DNA of 57,049 nucleotides, filler included, from Dirinaria sp. TL-2023a (taxonomy: Eukaryota), in assembly GCA_051941275.1 (NCBI GenBank). It is 3 parts of 3 records of this genome, joined end to end, with 100 filler letters (N's around TTAATTAATTAA, not from the genome) between each part and the next. Parts side by side here need not be neighbours in the genome. Positions count along the whole stretch, not along the records: positions 19,056 to 38,002 come from JAVEBF010000359.1; 2 more parts are not named here. One strand, written 5' to 3'. Shown in pieces: positions 23,484 through 37,145 of this stretch (position 1 is the stretch's first letter; every line of letters begins with the position of its first letter). The position numbers were made by a program, and so were the translations under genes. The notes beneath the pieces were generated by a model that was not told the DNA's origin, made no database searches, and saw only the letters and a list, made by a program, of their open reading frames with translations.

Positions 23484-24142
23484 ATGGGTATCTCACGAGA
23501 CTCACGTCACAAGCGCTCAGCGACTGGTGCGAAGCGCGCGTACTATCGTAAGAAGAGGTACGCATATCATAGAATCACACGATTCCCGAGCACTGTCTGA
23601 TGAGAAACAGAGCTTTTGAGAAAGGCCGTCAGCCCGCCAACACCCGTATCGGCCCCAAGCGTATTCATGTTGTTCGAGTTCGCGGCGGCAACCGCAAATT
23701 CCGTGCTCTACGCCTGGATTCTGGCAACTTCTCCTGGGGCTCAGAGGGTATCTCCCGCAAAGTCCGCGTCATCTCCGTCTCCTTCCACCCCTCAAATAAC
23801 GAGCTCGTCCGCACCAATACTCTCACCAAATCCGCTGTCGTCCAAGTAGATGCTGCACCCTTCCGACAATGGTACGAAGCCCACTACGGGGCGAGTCTAG
23901 GAAGGAGACGTCAGCAAAAGCAGACTACGGAGGAAGAGGCGAAGAAGAGCAAAAGCGTGGAGAAAAAGCAAGCTGCGAGAATGGCAGCACAAGGCAAGGT
24001 CGAGCCGGCTCTGGAGAGGCAATTTGAGGCTGGCCGTCTGTACGCCGTGGTGGCTTCAAGGCCTGGGCAGAGTGGACGTGTGGATGGTTACGTGCTAGAG
24101 GGTGAAGAGCTCGCTTTCTACCAGCGTGCGATCAGGAAATAG
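23484..24142 (+). CDS. RPS8: 40S ribosomal protein S8 (eS8); intron 23558-23610
   Basis: [39 protein letters not shown]...[21 protein letters not shown]. Confidence 0.98.
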
Positions 24143-24585
24143 GCAGTTGATGCGGATGGTTACGATAGCCCTAGGGAGCTCCTGAAAATCAAGTGGTTAC
24201 AGCAATACCAGACACTGAAATTGCACACCAATGGAAAGCAATGATGTTGTAGGGTATTGAACTGCTGTATTATGATGGGAATTCCAATTCTGGGAACAAT
24301 TATGCCAAGCCAAGCCAAGCGAAGAAAGAACAACCGTACACCTTCTCTACTTGCCCCGCCGTGGAATTTTCTTTGCTACACATTTCCATTCATCTCAATG
24401 CTCACTTGACTCAGACCGAGCGACACATGGCCATCTCACTAAACTCTGGAATCCTGAAGATCTTCGCGCTCCTTCGTAGGCCTTTTGAGCACTCCCGAAG
24501 TCATGAACCTACATGAATCCTCCATAAACCATCTCCAGCATGTCAAAATCGACGTCTCAGTACTATCGTAGGTACTCGAGGCAGC

Positions 24586-25563
24586 ATGGATAGTACCGCC
24601 GAAACGGTCAAGACCCGATTCTGCATTGTTTCCGATACTCACAACCATAGTCCCAAGCCATCGGATGCTGATAAATTTGCGTACCGACAGCCGCTGCCTT
24701 CGGCCGATGTCCTTCTTCACGCGGGCGATCTAACTATGTGTGGTGAATTGAAGGAATACAAGAAAATCTTGAAATGGATAATGGCATCCGACGCAGAATT
24801 GAAGATTGTCATCGCCGGCAACCATGACATCGATTTACACGAGGAATACTATCTAACGCACGCGGGAGAGAAGGATACTATAGCCCGAAAGCAGGTCAGA
24901 GAAGTAAAGGATTTGTGGACCGGCCCTGAAGCTAGAAGCGCAGGTGTCGTGTATCTGGACGAGGGTGTGAATACTTTTACCTTGAAGAATGGGGCTACAT
25001 TTACAGTAGGCATTTGCCCCAGTCCGATCCTTTTGCGAATGTTAACACCGGAACAGATATATACCTCTCCCTGGCAACCCGAATTCTGGGATTGGGCCTT
25101 TAACTATCCTCACGACGAAGACCGCTTCAATCCTCCTAGTAAAGCGTCGGAGCCCGCACCGGCCAATCCTGTCCCCTCGTGGCCGAATGTTGATGTCATG
25201 TTGACCCATGGACCACCCCATGGCATACTTGACGCCACCAGTAGCGGTGAGATGGTAGGCTGTAAGTTTCTTCGAAATGCAAGTCAAAGATGTCGTCCTC
25301 GACTCCACTGTTTTGGCCACATTCACGAAGGGTGGGGTGCCCAAAGGATTCAATGGGAGAGGGGAACAATAGAGAAAGCTACGCCGGAGAGCGAACAGAT
25401 GCTCAAGAATCGCTCGGCATATCTCCCAGCGCATAAGGATGGGCCCGCACCCATGGTGTTCGGTGAAGAGACGATTTTTGTCAATGCCTCCATCATGAAT
25501 ATTAACTACAGGCCTGTCAATGCCCCTTGGGTGGTGGACATAGATCTTCGTGCGAGTGTGTGA
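24586..25563 (+). CDS. Calcineurin-like metallophosphoesterase (MPPED/239FB type); probable in-frame 51-nt intron 25006-25056
   Basis: IVSDTH, HAGDLT, IAGNHD, LTHGPP, FGHIHE and FVNASI motifs. Confidence 0.92.
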   Translation: MDSTAETVKTRFCIVSDTHNHSPKPSDADKFAYRQPLPSADVLLHAGDLTMCGELKEYKKILKWIMASDAELKIVIAGNHDIDLHEEYYLTHAGEKDTIARKQVREVKDLWTGPEARSAGVVYLDEGVNTFTLKNGATFTVGICPSPILLRMLTPEQIYTSPWQPEFWDWAFNYPHDEDRFNPPSKASEPAPANPVPSWPNVDVMLTHGPPHGILDATSSGEMVGCKFLRNASQRCRPRLHCFGHIHEGWGAQRIQWERGTIEKATPESEQMLKNRSAYLPAHKDGPAPMVFGEETIFVNASIMNINYRPVNAPWVVDIDLRASV

Positions 25564-26102
25564 CAACAATGCTGATACAAGCAGAGGCGGAAAATCGAGC
25601 TCTCAATGGTTGCTTCCATTAGCCTTTTCGAGACTACTGAGAACCGGCACAGAACTTCAGAGACCGGAACATTGCATTAGTGATAACCAGACTTGTGGAA
25701 GAAAATGAGCAAATACACAAGTATCACGCTAAGCTTCGAGCAGTATTTTCGTAATCATCAGAGAAGAATCTTTCGCGTTTGATACACTTCGCGCTTGTGC
25801 TCCGAGCTTGACTTGTGTTCTAGAGTGAATGGGCATTTGACAACAACACACGTCCCATACGCCATAATATGAGTCAAGGACATCTTGCAACATTTTTAAC
25901 GCGCTATTTTGCGTCTCCGATCTATCTTTGCTCTAGGGTCATCTGAGAGTTCTGGAGCCACCTTTCCTCAACCAAACCTCAAGCCAGCCTTCTCTCTTGA
26001 CTATAAAGTTGCTAAGTGACGGTCTGCCGAGTTGCTAACACACACCGCAACAACTCCCAACTGCATATCGCTTAGACGGGTTCAAGGCTCAGGAGCAAAA
26101 AT

Positions 26103-26950
26103 ATGGCCACCGACCCCGCAGAATGGTTATTGCGAGTTTCGGCTTCGCATGTTGAAAAGACACGCATCCTTTGTTCGTTGACGCCTAACGAGTTCTATTC
26201 TGGCGCCGATTCTTCAGTCGCGGCGGACATAGAGCCTCCTCCGCTCTTCGACTATCACAAAATTCACATCATGATCGGGATTGGGCGGCCATTCCTCAGT
26301 AAGCACGATATCAAACGATGGGATTACCTTGCAGATGCGCGAAGGAAGTACTTCCAGATCCACCAGAACTTCTACAAGGCGTTCCACGACTTGCAAGATG
26401 CTCAAGCCTATCAGAGAATCATGATCACGAGGAAAGGCGAGCTGGAGAAGCAGATCGTGCAAGGGGAGTACCATGGGACCGCGAATGCAGTGATCGACAG
26501 GTATAGGAGAGACCTGGAGGACGTCGTTTTTAATTTGACGAAGAACCGACTCGAGATGCCGCTCTTGGCTATGGCGCTTTCCAAAAGGGCGCAAATGAGA
26601 GATCGCGCTGCAGCGTGGCTGAGCAGCATGAAGATGTATCTCCTGAAGCGTGATTTACCGGACCTGACGAAGCTCGTGAGGCGGCTGCTCCAGAACCAGC
26701 AAAGATCTCAAGCGAACCAAGGTAAGTGTACCGGGGGGGCAGGGCAAGAAAACGCAAGCTGGCGAGATCATTTGTTTCCTGACACTCACAACGAGCAGTG
26801 GCAAATAACGGCACGATCACCCTACCTGCGGATGCGAAAGACCTAGTCATTGACGTCCCCGGATGGCCAAGCTATACTGCCGGCGCTGCTACGAAGTGCG
26901 ATGCCGCTCTCGCCAACGGCAGTGCAGCTGGTTTCACTATTCCTTACTGA
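26103..26950 (+). CDS. Hypothetical helical protein; probable intron 26722-26798
   Basis: Long ATG-initiated ORF. GTAAGT donor, CCTGAC branch and CAG acceptor lead to an open exon ending at TGA 26950; the unspliced frame stops at 26846. No recognised domain. Confidence 0.6.
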
Positions 26951-27533
26951 AAGGCAGACAGACACCCGAATTCTGGCAATGACCAGTCTACGAGGGAAGA
27001 CTTGCAGATGTTGGTAGGTTAGGATATGACCTATCCCCTGAAAAAATCTTTTCTTCCTGCATCGGGTTCAGGGCATCATCGTTTCTAGCCTCCGGCAAAG
27101 GACTGGAAGAAGCGCGCACTAGTAAGCGCAGACCTGTATTCCCTCGATGAATTACTTATTTCGTGTAAATATCCTTCGTACTGTTAAAGCTTGAGCTTTC
27201 ATTTTTTTCCATGCTTCGTAAGATAGCGGTATGATTCTACGACTCGTTTTGACAAATATCCGAATCCGAACTGGAGACCAGAAAGCATTTATACTGCAAG
27301 ACCATTCGGAGAAGGCATACTGGACGCATCTGATCTCCTGCTCTTTTCTGGTAGCAGAAATTGCAATACGTGGTTTCGCCAAGAACTAAAAGCGCTTCAT
27401 ACCTTAGGTCGCTCGTCAGCGGATTCTGTTTCTTTTTTTACCTGCTGAGCATCAAAGCAAAATGGTCTTAAAGACAGCACAAACATCTATCAGTCTCTGT
27501 TCTTTCAAGCACATCAAACCTACATTACGTTCA

Positions 27534-28946
27534 TCATCCACGATCGAAGACCTTAACCCCTTTAATCCACGTCTGCAAAACTCCACCCCCATCATCCAAA
27601 ACCACAAAATCCGCTCTCCGCCCCTCCTCAACGACGCCTCGATCCCTCAAGCCCATCAAGCCCGCAATATTCTCCGTCGCGCACCTCACAGCCGCGGGCA
27701 AGCCGCACCCGCTCCACGCCGCTAGGTTCCGCACGCACTCGTCAAGGCCGCAGCAGCTCCCGATCAGGGTCTCCGTGCCCTCGATCGTGACCCTGTTCCC
27801 TTCCTTGCGTTGCGGGTGCGGCACCTGCGCGTGGCCCGGGTACACGCCGTCCGGCATGCCGGCCATTTCCACGGCGTCGGTGATCAGGACGCAGCGTGTG
27901 GGGTTGCAGCGGTAGGCGAGCGTCAAAGTGGCAGGGTGCAGGTGGATGCCGTCGGCGATGAGGGAGTAGTATGGCGCCGCCGACGACGAGGTGATCAGGC
28001 CTGCGAGACCGGGAGTGCGGTGGTGCAGAGGCGGCATTGCGTTGAAGACGTGGGTTAGTGCGGTCGCTCCTGCTTGCAACGCGGTTTGGCCCGTGTCGTA
28101 GTCCGCCTCGGAGTGCCCGAGTGAGACTACGATGTTGTGGGTTTGGGAAAGCGTTTCTGTCAGTGCTGTGCAGCCTTCGAGCTCTGGTGCCAGGGTCACC
28201 ATTTTCACGGCTGACAGTGCAGCTTCGCCGCCGTAGATTTCTTCGAGTGAGTTTTGCGATGGTGTCTGCATCAACGTAGCGTCTATGGAGGGTTAGTTGA
28301 GGCTGTGAGGAGTGGAGAATACCAACCGTGAGCGCCTTTCTTGGACGGATTTAGCCATGGGCCTTCGCAATGGGCGCCAAGCATGTCTGCTCCGCTATTG
28401 AATGTGCATGGCTTCAGATAGGGTAATATCTGATGGAACTCAGCTTTGCAGCTTCAACTCTTCTTTTAGCTGATGGGTACATTTCAATATTACATGTCGG
28501 CAAGAGGTATACGAAATCTGGTTTATGCTAGACTCGATGAAACTGAATAGAGACTAATAACTCGGATAAAGACAGAGCAGCTATGGGCACCGGCAATAGT
28601 TTACATGCCCCCTTACCTTTTTGAAGACGTCTCGATGGACCGTGGGGAGAGTGACATAAAATGCCCCAACCCCATTTGACACAAGGTGACGAGCGATCCT
28701 CTGCAGTTCATCTCGATAACTTGGCGGATCCTTCCAATTGGTGAAATGGAATCCCAGACCTCCATTTGTCTGCAATTCTATATAGGCCGGCGCCAGGAGT
28801 TTTCCTTTCAGATCCACGAAATCTGATGGCATCTCTGCCGGCTGACGCATGATCGTGCCAGTACTTTCGTTGACGTAGATCGTTTCTTGCCATTCTTTGC
28901 CTTGGAAACATATCCTGCCGTTGATGAAGGCTTTCACTTTCGCCAT
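27534..28946 (-). CDS. nagA: N-acetylglucosamine-6-phosphate deacetylase; exons 28946-28617, 28429-28327, 28282-27534
   Basis: LAPAYIELQTNG, GAHCEGPWLNPSKKGAH, VTLAPE, SLGHS, THVFNAM, IADGIHLHP, LITDA and GRRADFVVLD. Confidence 0.95.
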
Positions 28947-29605
28947 GTTTTCTGGGGTAGTTCAAGTGGCTTCGCCAGAAAGAGTTCCACGCGCAGGGAA
29001 TTTCTCCAACGTCTGTCTCATCGCGGACTCATAACAAGCAAGCTGAAAAGCGCCCAGGATTAATTCTTCAACAATGGAGCTGGCTCTTCATTGCCTGAAC
29101 CAAGGTTCTGTGAGAGAACAATATGAGAATGTGACGTTACTGACACTTTCGCAACGAAATCTCCCATCGGTCTAGATCATTCCGCTTGGCGAAAGGAATC
29201 GATGTACGATTATGATTCTTGTAGATCGTAGATTGCCGACCTTCTTGGATGGCGGATGCAGGAAAAGGAAATCGGCCGCTGCACGATGACGTAAAGAAGC
29301 CCTGGAAATGCCCTGGTTCGAGCCTTTACTTTTTAGACCCCATACTAAAGGTAGAACTGCGCGTACCTTGTTTTATGCCTCCTTTTTGAGCAACTAGGGC
29401 CATATCGACTAAGGTATCGATTTGCCCAAGTTGCCTCTGCCCACAGCATCAGCTGGGCGCTGCATCGCTGGTAATAATACCGCGCAAACTGCATCACTCG
29501 CATAACTCCTAGTCCGGCAGTTTACCTGGTCCTTCACTGATTGAGCAGGGCTCAATTTGCAATACCAAGGCTCCTTAGTCAAGCTCCTTCAACCCAGAGT
29601 CAGCC

Positions 29606-32600
29606 ATGGCTTCAAGGGAGCAACACCAACAACAACACGTGCCTGGCCATTACAGCGGTAAGTGAGGAGCTCTGAACGCTGGACATAATCAATTAATCCA
29701 TGATGTAGGCCAAAACAAGATCCCAGACATCAAGACTTTTGTCCAGAATCTCGACAGGGAGAAACGTGATAGAGACAAGCTGCTTGATGAGCGCCGCAAG
29801 GAGCAGCAACAACGAAAGGCTCAGGGTCAAGATGATGTCGAGCCACATCGCGAAACCAAGGCCGGCAAGGAAGGCACCTTGAAGACTGTCACCGATCCAA
29901 CCACTGGAAATGAAGTGCAGATTGAAGATGTGGATACCAATTTCATGAAAGCCGTCGAGGATCCAAGGCTGTCCGTTCCGAACGCAAACTTAGGGAAGGA
30001 CACCACCGTCAAGACGGATCCTTCGCAAAAGAATCCCGAATACAAACGCAACCAAGATGTCACTGCGCCTCCAGACCCAGTCGCCGAAGGTAGTACGTCT
30101 GATGTGCCCATCCATGGCGAGAAGACCAACATCCTCTTCCATCCCACACCCTCGGTCAGTTACGAGCCTATGTTTGCGGCGTTGGAAACCAGGGCCGGGG
30201 CTCTGTGTATTGGCGTTCTGCTGGCAATCATCATACTGGGGAAAATGTTTGGTGGTTCGTTGAAAGGATTGATACCGACTGCTGCGTGTATTTCTTCTGG
30301 CATTTGGCTCTGGATGAAGGAAGTTGTGCGCAGTGGGAGGGAAGTTGAATGGTCAAGCGAGCAGTCCAGAGGAGAAACTGTACGCAAGTTCGATCGATGA
30401 ACTCGCATATGCTGACCGTCTTACAGGCAACCGCAAATCTGTTACCAGAGTCCGTCGAATGGATGAATACATTACTATCTATAGTTTGGGGACTTATTAA
30501 CCCAGATATGTTTGCTGCTGTAGCCGACACACTCGAAGATGTGATGGGAGCATCAGTACCATCAGTTATCGAGAATGTTCGAGTGGCGGACATCAACCAG
30601 GGCAACAACCCCATACGGATTCTTAGTCTTCGTGCCCTCCCGGACACTCATGTGAAAGAGCTAAAAGAGAGCATTCACGAGGAGAACAAGAGGACCAAAG
30701 ATCCCCAAGAAGCAGCGGCCGCCGAGGAAGGTGGAGACTATTACAATCTCGAAGCCTCGTTTGCCTACCATGCTAAGCCGAGCGACGGGAAGGATACCTC
30801 TTCAAAGGCGCGGAATATGCATATGCAGCTTGTGTTCTATCTGGGGCTGAAAGGGCTTTTCGGTGTCCCGTTGCCCATCTTCGTAGAGTTACAAGGTCTC
30901 GTCGGTACGGTACGCTTGCGGTTGCAGATGACCCCTGAACCGCCTTTTCTAAAAACTTTGACCTTCACCTTGATGGGTCTTCCCCAAGTCCAAGCTGGTT
31001 GCATCCCCATGGTTGAGAAAGGGGTTAACATACTTAATCTCCCCTTGATATCTAACTTTGTCAACTACGCGATCGGTGCAGCAGCTAGCATGTATGTGGC
31101 ACCCAAATCAATGTCGCTCGACATGGGCGCAATGCTCACCGGCGATGCCATACAGAAAGACGTCATTGCAATGGGTGTGATGTGGATCCGTATCCACAGG
31201 GCAAAGGGTCTAAGTAAACAAGACAAGCGTGGCAGTAAAGGCGGAGGCTCTGATCCGTATATCACACTGTCCTTCTCAAAGTATGGCAAACCTATGTACT
31301 GTACAAGAGTGATCACCGACGACCTTAATCCAATATGGGAGGAGACTGCTGCGTAAGTCCTTCGCTTGCCATAATGCGTCCGGGAAATTGACTTGACTAG
31401 GCTCCTCGTCACCCCGGAACTGATTAAAGCAGACGAGCAGCTGAGCGTGGAGTTATGGGACTCGGATCGATCGAGCGCCGACGATATTGTAGGAAAGATT
31501 GAGCTCTCGATGCAGAAGATGATACAGCACCCGGGCAAGATGTACCCTCAAGTGTCCAAGCTACAAGGTATGGAAGCCGGCAGTGAGATGCCAGGCGAGC
31601 TACATTGGGAAGTCGGATATTTCGGGAAACCTCATTTCCGACCTGCTCTGCGAACTGACGGCAAGAACCCCGCCTTACCCAAAGAGCTGCAAGACAAACC
31701 AGAATTGCAGGATGAGAAGGGGAACACAGACACTGAATATGCAGATGCTGTCGCGCATACTCCTCCGGATCCCTTATGGCCTAGCGGGATTTGCAGCATA
31801 ATAGTCCACCAGATTGTCAATCTGGAACTCGAGAACATTCAAGGTAGTGAAGGTAACAGGAAGGGTAGGGAGTATGAGCCTGCCAGGCAGGCGGGAGAGA
31901 ACACGGAAGAAGAAAGCAAAAAGCTTCCGAGCAGTTACTGCACAATACTCTTCAATGACCAGCTCATCTACAGGACCCGGACAAAGGTCGTCAGTAGTAA
32001 ACCTATCTTTAACGCTGGAACGGAGAGATTTGTAAGAGACTGGAGATCTAGCATCGTTACGGTGACCGTCCGCGACTCCCGACATCGGCAACATGATCCT
32101 ATTCTAGGAGTTGTGCCTTTGAGACTGTCCGACATCTTGCAAACTAGCTCACAAGTCACTCGATGGTATCCGCTCGATGGCGGGATTGGATTTGGACGCG
32201 TACGAATATCGCTCCTTTTCCGAAGCATCGAAACCCGCCTCCCTCCAAACATGCTGGGCTGGGATGTTGGTACTTTCGAGTTTTTATCTGATAGGATCCT
32301 AGCCCTCAACTATCACCACCATGCGAAGCTCAAAATGCGCACTGGCGGTAGCATAGGCGCAATTGGCAAGACGCAGTGTCGACCGCTTGATGAGGGCGAC
32401 GGCATGTTTTGGGACATCGCCAAGAAAGGTGGCAAGAATAACGTCCGTCTACCAGTCAAGTACCGTTATCGCTCACCAGTGGTCTTCGAGTTCCATACTG
32501 CAGGAAAACGTCATGCCACAGCTTACGCTATGATCTGGTTGCACCACCTTGTTGATAACACAGAAACGAACATCAACATCCCAATCTGGACCACCGGTAA

Positions 32601-33458
32601 CGGGCCGCGCTTGATACAAAACTACGTGACCGAGGAGAATGTAAAGGCCAAAGCTGTTCCGGGCCTGGAAGATCTGGAGGAAATCGGCCGTTTGCAGTTC
32701 CGCTGCCAGTTTAAGGCAGGCATGGACGAATCCCACGAGCAATTCGTTGTTGATAACGATTCCCGTGAAACATTCGAAACTTGGGAAGCGTGTCTAGCCG
32801 AAGGAGTTCGCGAAAAGATCGCTACGAAGGAGCTACCGCCCAAAGTTGAAGAGCTGCATGAGAAGTCATTGACCGAAGGTCGCGATGTGCTGAAGAACGC
32901 GGACCCCGAGGAGCGTCAAAAATGGCTGGCTAAGGACGGGCAAGATTGGTCTGGGGCTTTCACACATGACCCCAAGGCGTACATGGACTCGTCAGGGCGG
33001 AAGCGCCGAGAGCCTGGTGCGGAGCCACCAATCCACGATCCACACGATCCAAGCAGTGACGATGACAACATCCCTGACGGCGACGAGGGCAGCGATGACA
33101 GCGATGAGCCTGATCTCGGGATGCAGGACGCGACCAACGCCGGCGCCGGCAAGGAGATGGGGGGTGCGAAGGAGGGACAGCAGGTGAATGGGGACGATGC
33201 ACAAAGCGAGAAGAGCCGGGAAGTGGCCAACAAAAAGACGGAGAGGAGAAAGAACCGAGGTCTTTTGCAGTGGAAGCCAGTCCGAGTAGGTCCTTTTCTT
33301 TCTCGCCCTTGACCTGTAGCGTCGAACAGGAGCTAATCCGAGACGCGCAGAACATTGCTTTCGCAAAGGACGAGGCCAAGTTCACGATCAAGAAGGTGCA
33401 GCACAAGATGACCGGGGGACTGGGCGGACGCGAGCCAGGCGTCGAAACAGAAGTGTGA
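29606..33458 (+). CDS. mug190: Mug190-like membrane-anchored SMP/C2-domain protein (tricalbin-related), about 5 exons
   Basis: N-terminal VTDPTTGNEVQIED, TM hairpin, PESVEWMN SMP-like start, C2 motifs SDPYITLSF...DDLNPIWEE and SKPIFNAGTERF, C-terminal GREPGVETEV. Four GT-AG introns restore frame. Confidence 0.88.
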
Positions 33459-33938
33459 AATGACAAGTAGGGGGGTTGAAGATTGGTGGGAAAACCCTCG
33501 ATCGTACTGTTGCAGTTCCTGATCAAAATTTTTATATTCCCTGGCAGGAGTTCGGCCGGATACCCATTACAGGCTATTACAATAGTAATAATAATGAGAA
33601 GCAACGGCGCGCATCGAAGATGTTTTGTGTTCCCACTCTTGATAAAGCAGGCCACCAGGTCGACCAACGATAGACCATCAGTGGATTCTCCTTATCCAGG
33701 GTCATGAGGGAGGGTCGCTAGGGTTGGTGCGTAAGGTAGGCACTTTGGGCATACCGTCGGTACTCGTACCTTACCTAAAAACGCCTAGGCTCCATACATG
33801 TGCATAAGGTGCATAAGTATGTACATAGCAGGGTAGTACGATTAGGTACCTTAGGTGTCGAACTACGGTCGAGCTTAGGCTACTTCCAGCAAAGGCCTGC
33901 CAAGGGTCGACGTCAACTCTAAAATGTGCCGAAAAGTA

Positions 33939-33963
33939 CAGTCCAGTCCAGTCCAGTCCAGTC
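33939..33963 (+). repeat. (CAGTC)5 microsatellite upstream of acetyl-CoA synthetase
   Basis: Five perfect pentamer units. Confidence 0.85.
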
Positions 33964-34322
33964 CCAATCCAATGCTCGGCCGATGGCCTCATGCGTGATT
34001 GAACCCTCGACCCCTCCGTTTGGCCGATGTTTTGTTTGTCCCCGCAAGGCAAAGCTTCGTGCAGTTCTGGCCTGATCATCCTGTAGCCCGATCACGAGTG
34101 GACTGCACTCCATGGACCAAAGGCTCCGTAGCCCTATCCTTCAGTCTTTCACCCTCTTTCATATGCGCCGTCCTCCTACTCCATGTACCAGTACCTTGCC
34201 CACCATTGCTGCCTTGACTCCTGTATAAATCTTGGCTGTAATCAGTCCGCAACTTCCTGAGTCCAACTCCCCCATAACACCAAATCTCGTTCGGGAAACC
34301 CGGGGCTCCAGAGACAGTAGAC

Positions 34323-36628
34323 ATGAGTGAAGGTGATGTCCAGCCGCCTAGTATGGTGGTCGCTGAGGCGCACAACATAGGTAGATGCGATTCAAGGCTC
34401 ACGTCTCGATCCAGAATTGACTAAAGCTCCCAGATACCTATCATGTGCCGAAAGCATTGTTCGAGTGAGGCCATCCGTCTTCAATGGCTTTCAATTACTG
34501 GCTGACTGTTATCAAGGAAACACCCATCGAAGCCTCACCTCGACTCCCTCGAAACCTACCGCAAGCTGTACAAAGAGTCAATTGAAGATGGAGACAAGTT
34601 CTGGGCCAAGATGGCTCGCGAGCTCTTGACTTGGGACAAGGACTTCCAGACCGTGCATGCAGGCTCATTCGAATACGGAGATAATTCGTGGTTTCTTGAA
34701 GGCAGGTTGAATGCCTCCTACAACTGCATTGACCGTCACGCGATCAAGGACCCACAGAAACCGGCCATCATATACGAAGCAGACGAGCCGAACGAAGGGC
34801 GCACAATATCATACGGCGAGTTGCTTCGAGAGGTCTCAAAGCTCGCATTCGTACTGAAGCAGATGGGTGTCAAGAAAGGAGACACAGTAGCCTTGTACCT
34901 ACCTATGGTCCCAGAAGCGGTAGTCGCATTTCTTGCGTGTACGCGCATCGGTGCAGTTCACTCCGTGGTCTTTGCAGGATTCTCGTCCGACTCATTGAGA
35001 GACCGTGTTCTCGACGCCGGGTCAAAGGTGGTGATTACCAGTGATGAAGGCAAGAGAGGAGGCAAAGTTATCGGGACGAAGAAAATCGTCGACGATGCTT
35101 TGAAGCAGTGCCCCGATGTTACTCACTGTCTAGTCTTCAAGCGTACTGGGACCGATGTACCCTGGACGAAAGGGCGCGACTGGTGGTGGCATGAGGAGTT
35201 GGAGAAGTATCCGGCGTACATGCCACCTGAGTCAATGAGCTCGGAAGATCCCTTGTTCCTTCTATATACGTCCGGATCAACCGGGAAACCCAAAGGCGTG
35301 ATGCACACGACAGCTGGCTACCTGCTGGGTGCAGCCGCAACCGGCAAGTACGTTTTCGACATCCACGATAACGACAAATTCTTCTGTGGCGGCGACGTGG
35401 GATGGATCACTGGCCACACCTACGTCGTATACGCACCGCTATTGCTTGGTTGTACAACTGTGGTGTTCGAAGGCACTCCCGCGTATCCGAATTTCTCCCG
35501 TTACTGGGAGGTTATCGACAAACATGAGGTCTCCCAATTCTACGTAGCTCCAACGGCACTGAGACTCCTGAAACGTGCGGGTGACTCGCATTGTCAGCAT
35601 CCCATGAAGAAGCTGCGGGTACTTGGTTCTGTCGGCGAGCCAATCGCTGCCGAAGTCTGGAAATGGTATTTCGAGATCGTAGGCAAGGAAGAAGCTCATA
35701 TTGTAGACGTAAGTCACTGCGAATCGTGACTGCATTCCCTTACTAAAAATCATGAAAGACTTATTGGCAAACCGAGACGGGCAGTCATGTCATTTCGCCA
35801 CTTGGCGGGGTTACCCCGACCAAGCCTGGAAGTGCATCACTTCCCTTTTTCGGAATCGAGCCAGCAATCATTGACCCGGTATCTGGTGAAGAGATTCATG
35901 GCAATGACGTGGAAGGAGTCCTTGCCATCAAGAAGCCTTGGCCGAGCATGGCGCGTACTGTCTGGGGCGCTCACAAGCGCTACATGGACACGTATCTGAA
36001 CGTCTACAAGGGATACTACGTATGTTTACCTCTGTCGTGATGTCGTGGACGTGCTGAGTAGTCCAGTTCACCGGTGATGGCGCAGGCCGCGATCACGAGG
36101 GATACTATTGGATCCGAGGTCGCGTTGACGACGTGGTTAATGTTTCGGGCCACAGATTGTCCACCGCCGAAATTGAAGCCGCTCTTCTCGAACATCGTAA
36201 GTAAGCATGGAGGTTTGTGTCATAGTACTACTAATCGTTTCCAGACCAAGTGGCCGAAGCCGCCGTAGTTGGCATTCACGACGAACTGTCCGGCCAAGCT
36301 GTCAATGCGTTCGTCTCCCTTAAAGCGGGCAATGAAACATCGGATCAAGTGCGCAAAGACCTCGTGTTGCAGGTGCGAAAGTCTATTGGACCATTTGCTG
36401 CTCCAAAAGCTGTTTTCGTAGTGGACGACCTGCCTAAGACGAGGTCGGGCAAGATCATGCGACGCATTTTGCGGAAAATTCTGTCAGGGGAAGAAGACTC
36501 GCTGGGCGATACTTCTACAGTGAGTCTCAAGCTCATAGTCAGGTCCCTCGCTGATGCGGCAATAGCTCTCCGATCCAAGTGTTGTGGACAAAATCATCGA
36601 CGTAGTCCAGTCGCCACGGAAGAAGTAA
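34323..36628 (+). CDS. facA: Acetyl-CoA synthetase (AMP-forming), about 7 exons
   Basis: [66 protein letters not shown] and [12 protein letters not shown]; last exon [20 protein letters not shown]. Confidence 0.97.
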
Positions 36629-37145
36629 TATGCATTATGTAGTGTGCGTGATCACAGGGATCGGACTGTCTGAGCAAAGCTACCTTAAATTTCGCCCACT
36701 GTAGATCGTAGCCTTGCTCGATCGCATTAAGCTGTACCAATTCAATATCCGAGTCATGCATGTAAGCTACAGTCGGAAGTGAATCATGTATTCAGGGGTA
36801 CCTTAAGTCTCCCCTTCAACCAACTGCATCATGAAACTTGAAAGCTGACTCTTATGTCTTTTCTTACTTATTCACAGTTCTCGTTCGAATCACTCTGGAA
36901 AGCGGTCGTGATCTATGTATTTAAGCGTTCTCCACCTTTGGCTTCCTTTTTTTTCTGTACCAGGAACAAGAAGCACATACAGTCTCCTCATTTCCCTTAA
37001 CCTTAGAAACATTACAGAACTTAAGCACAGCTAATCCTCTCTTCACTCCTATACCGCAACTCAGGACACAGCCGTGGTACGACCAGCTCCCGAGTTCATA
37101 GATACCTCACCGATCTCACGGCACCAAGTTCCCCGAAGGCAAACA

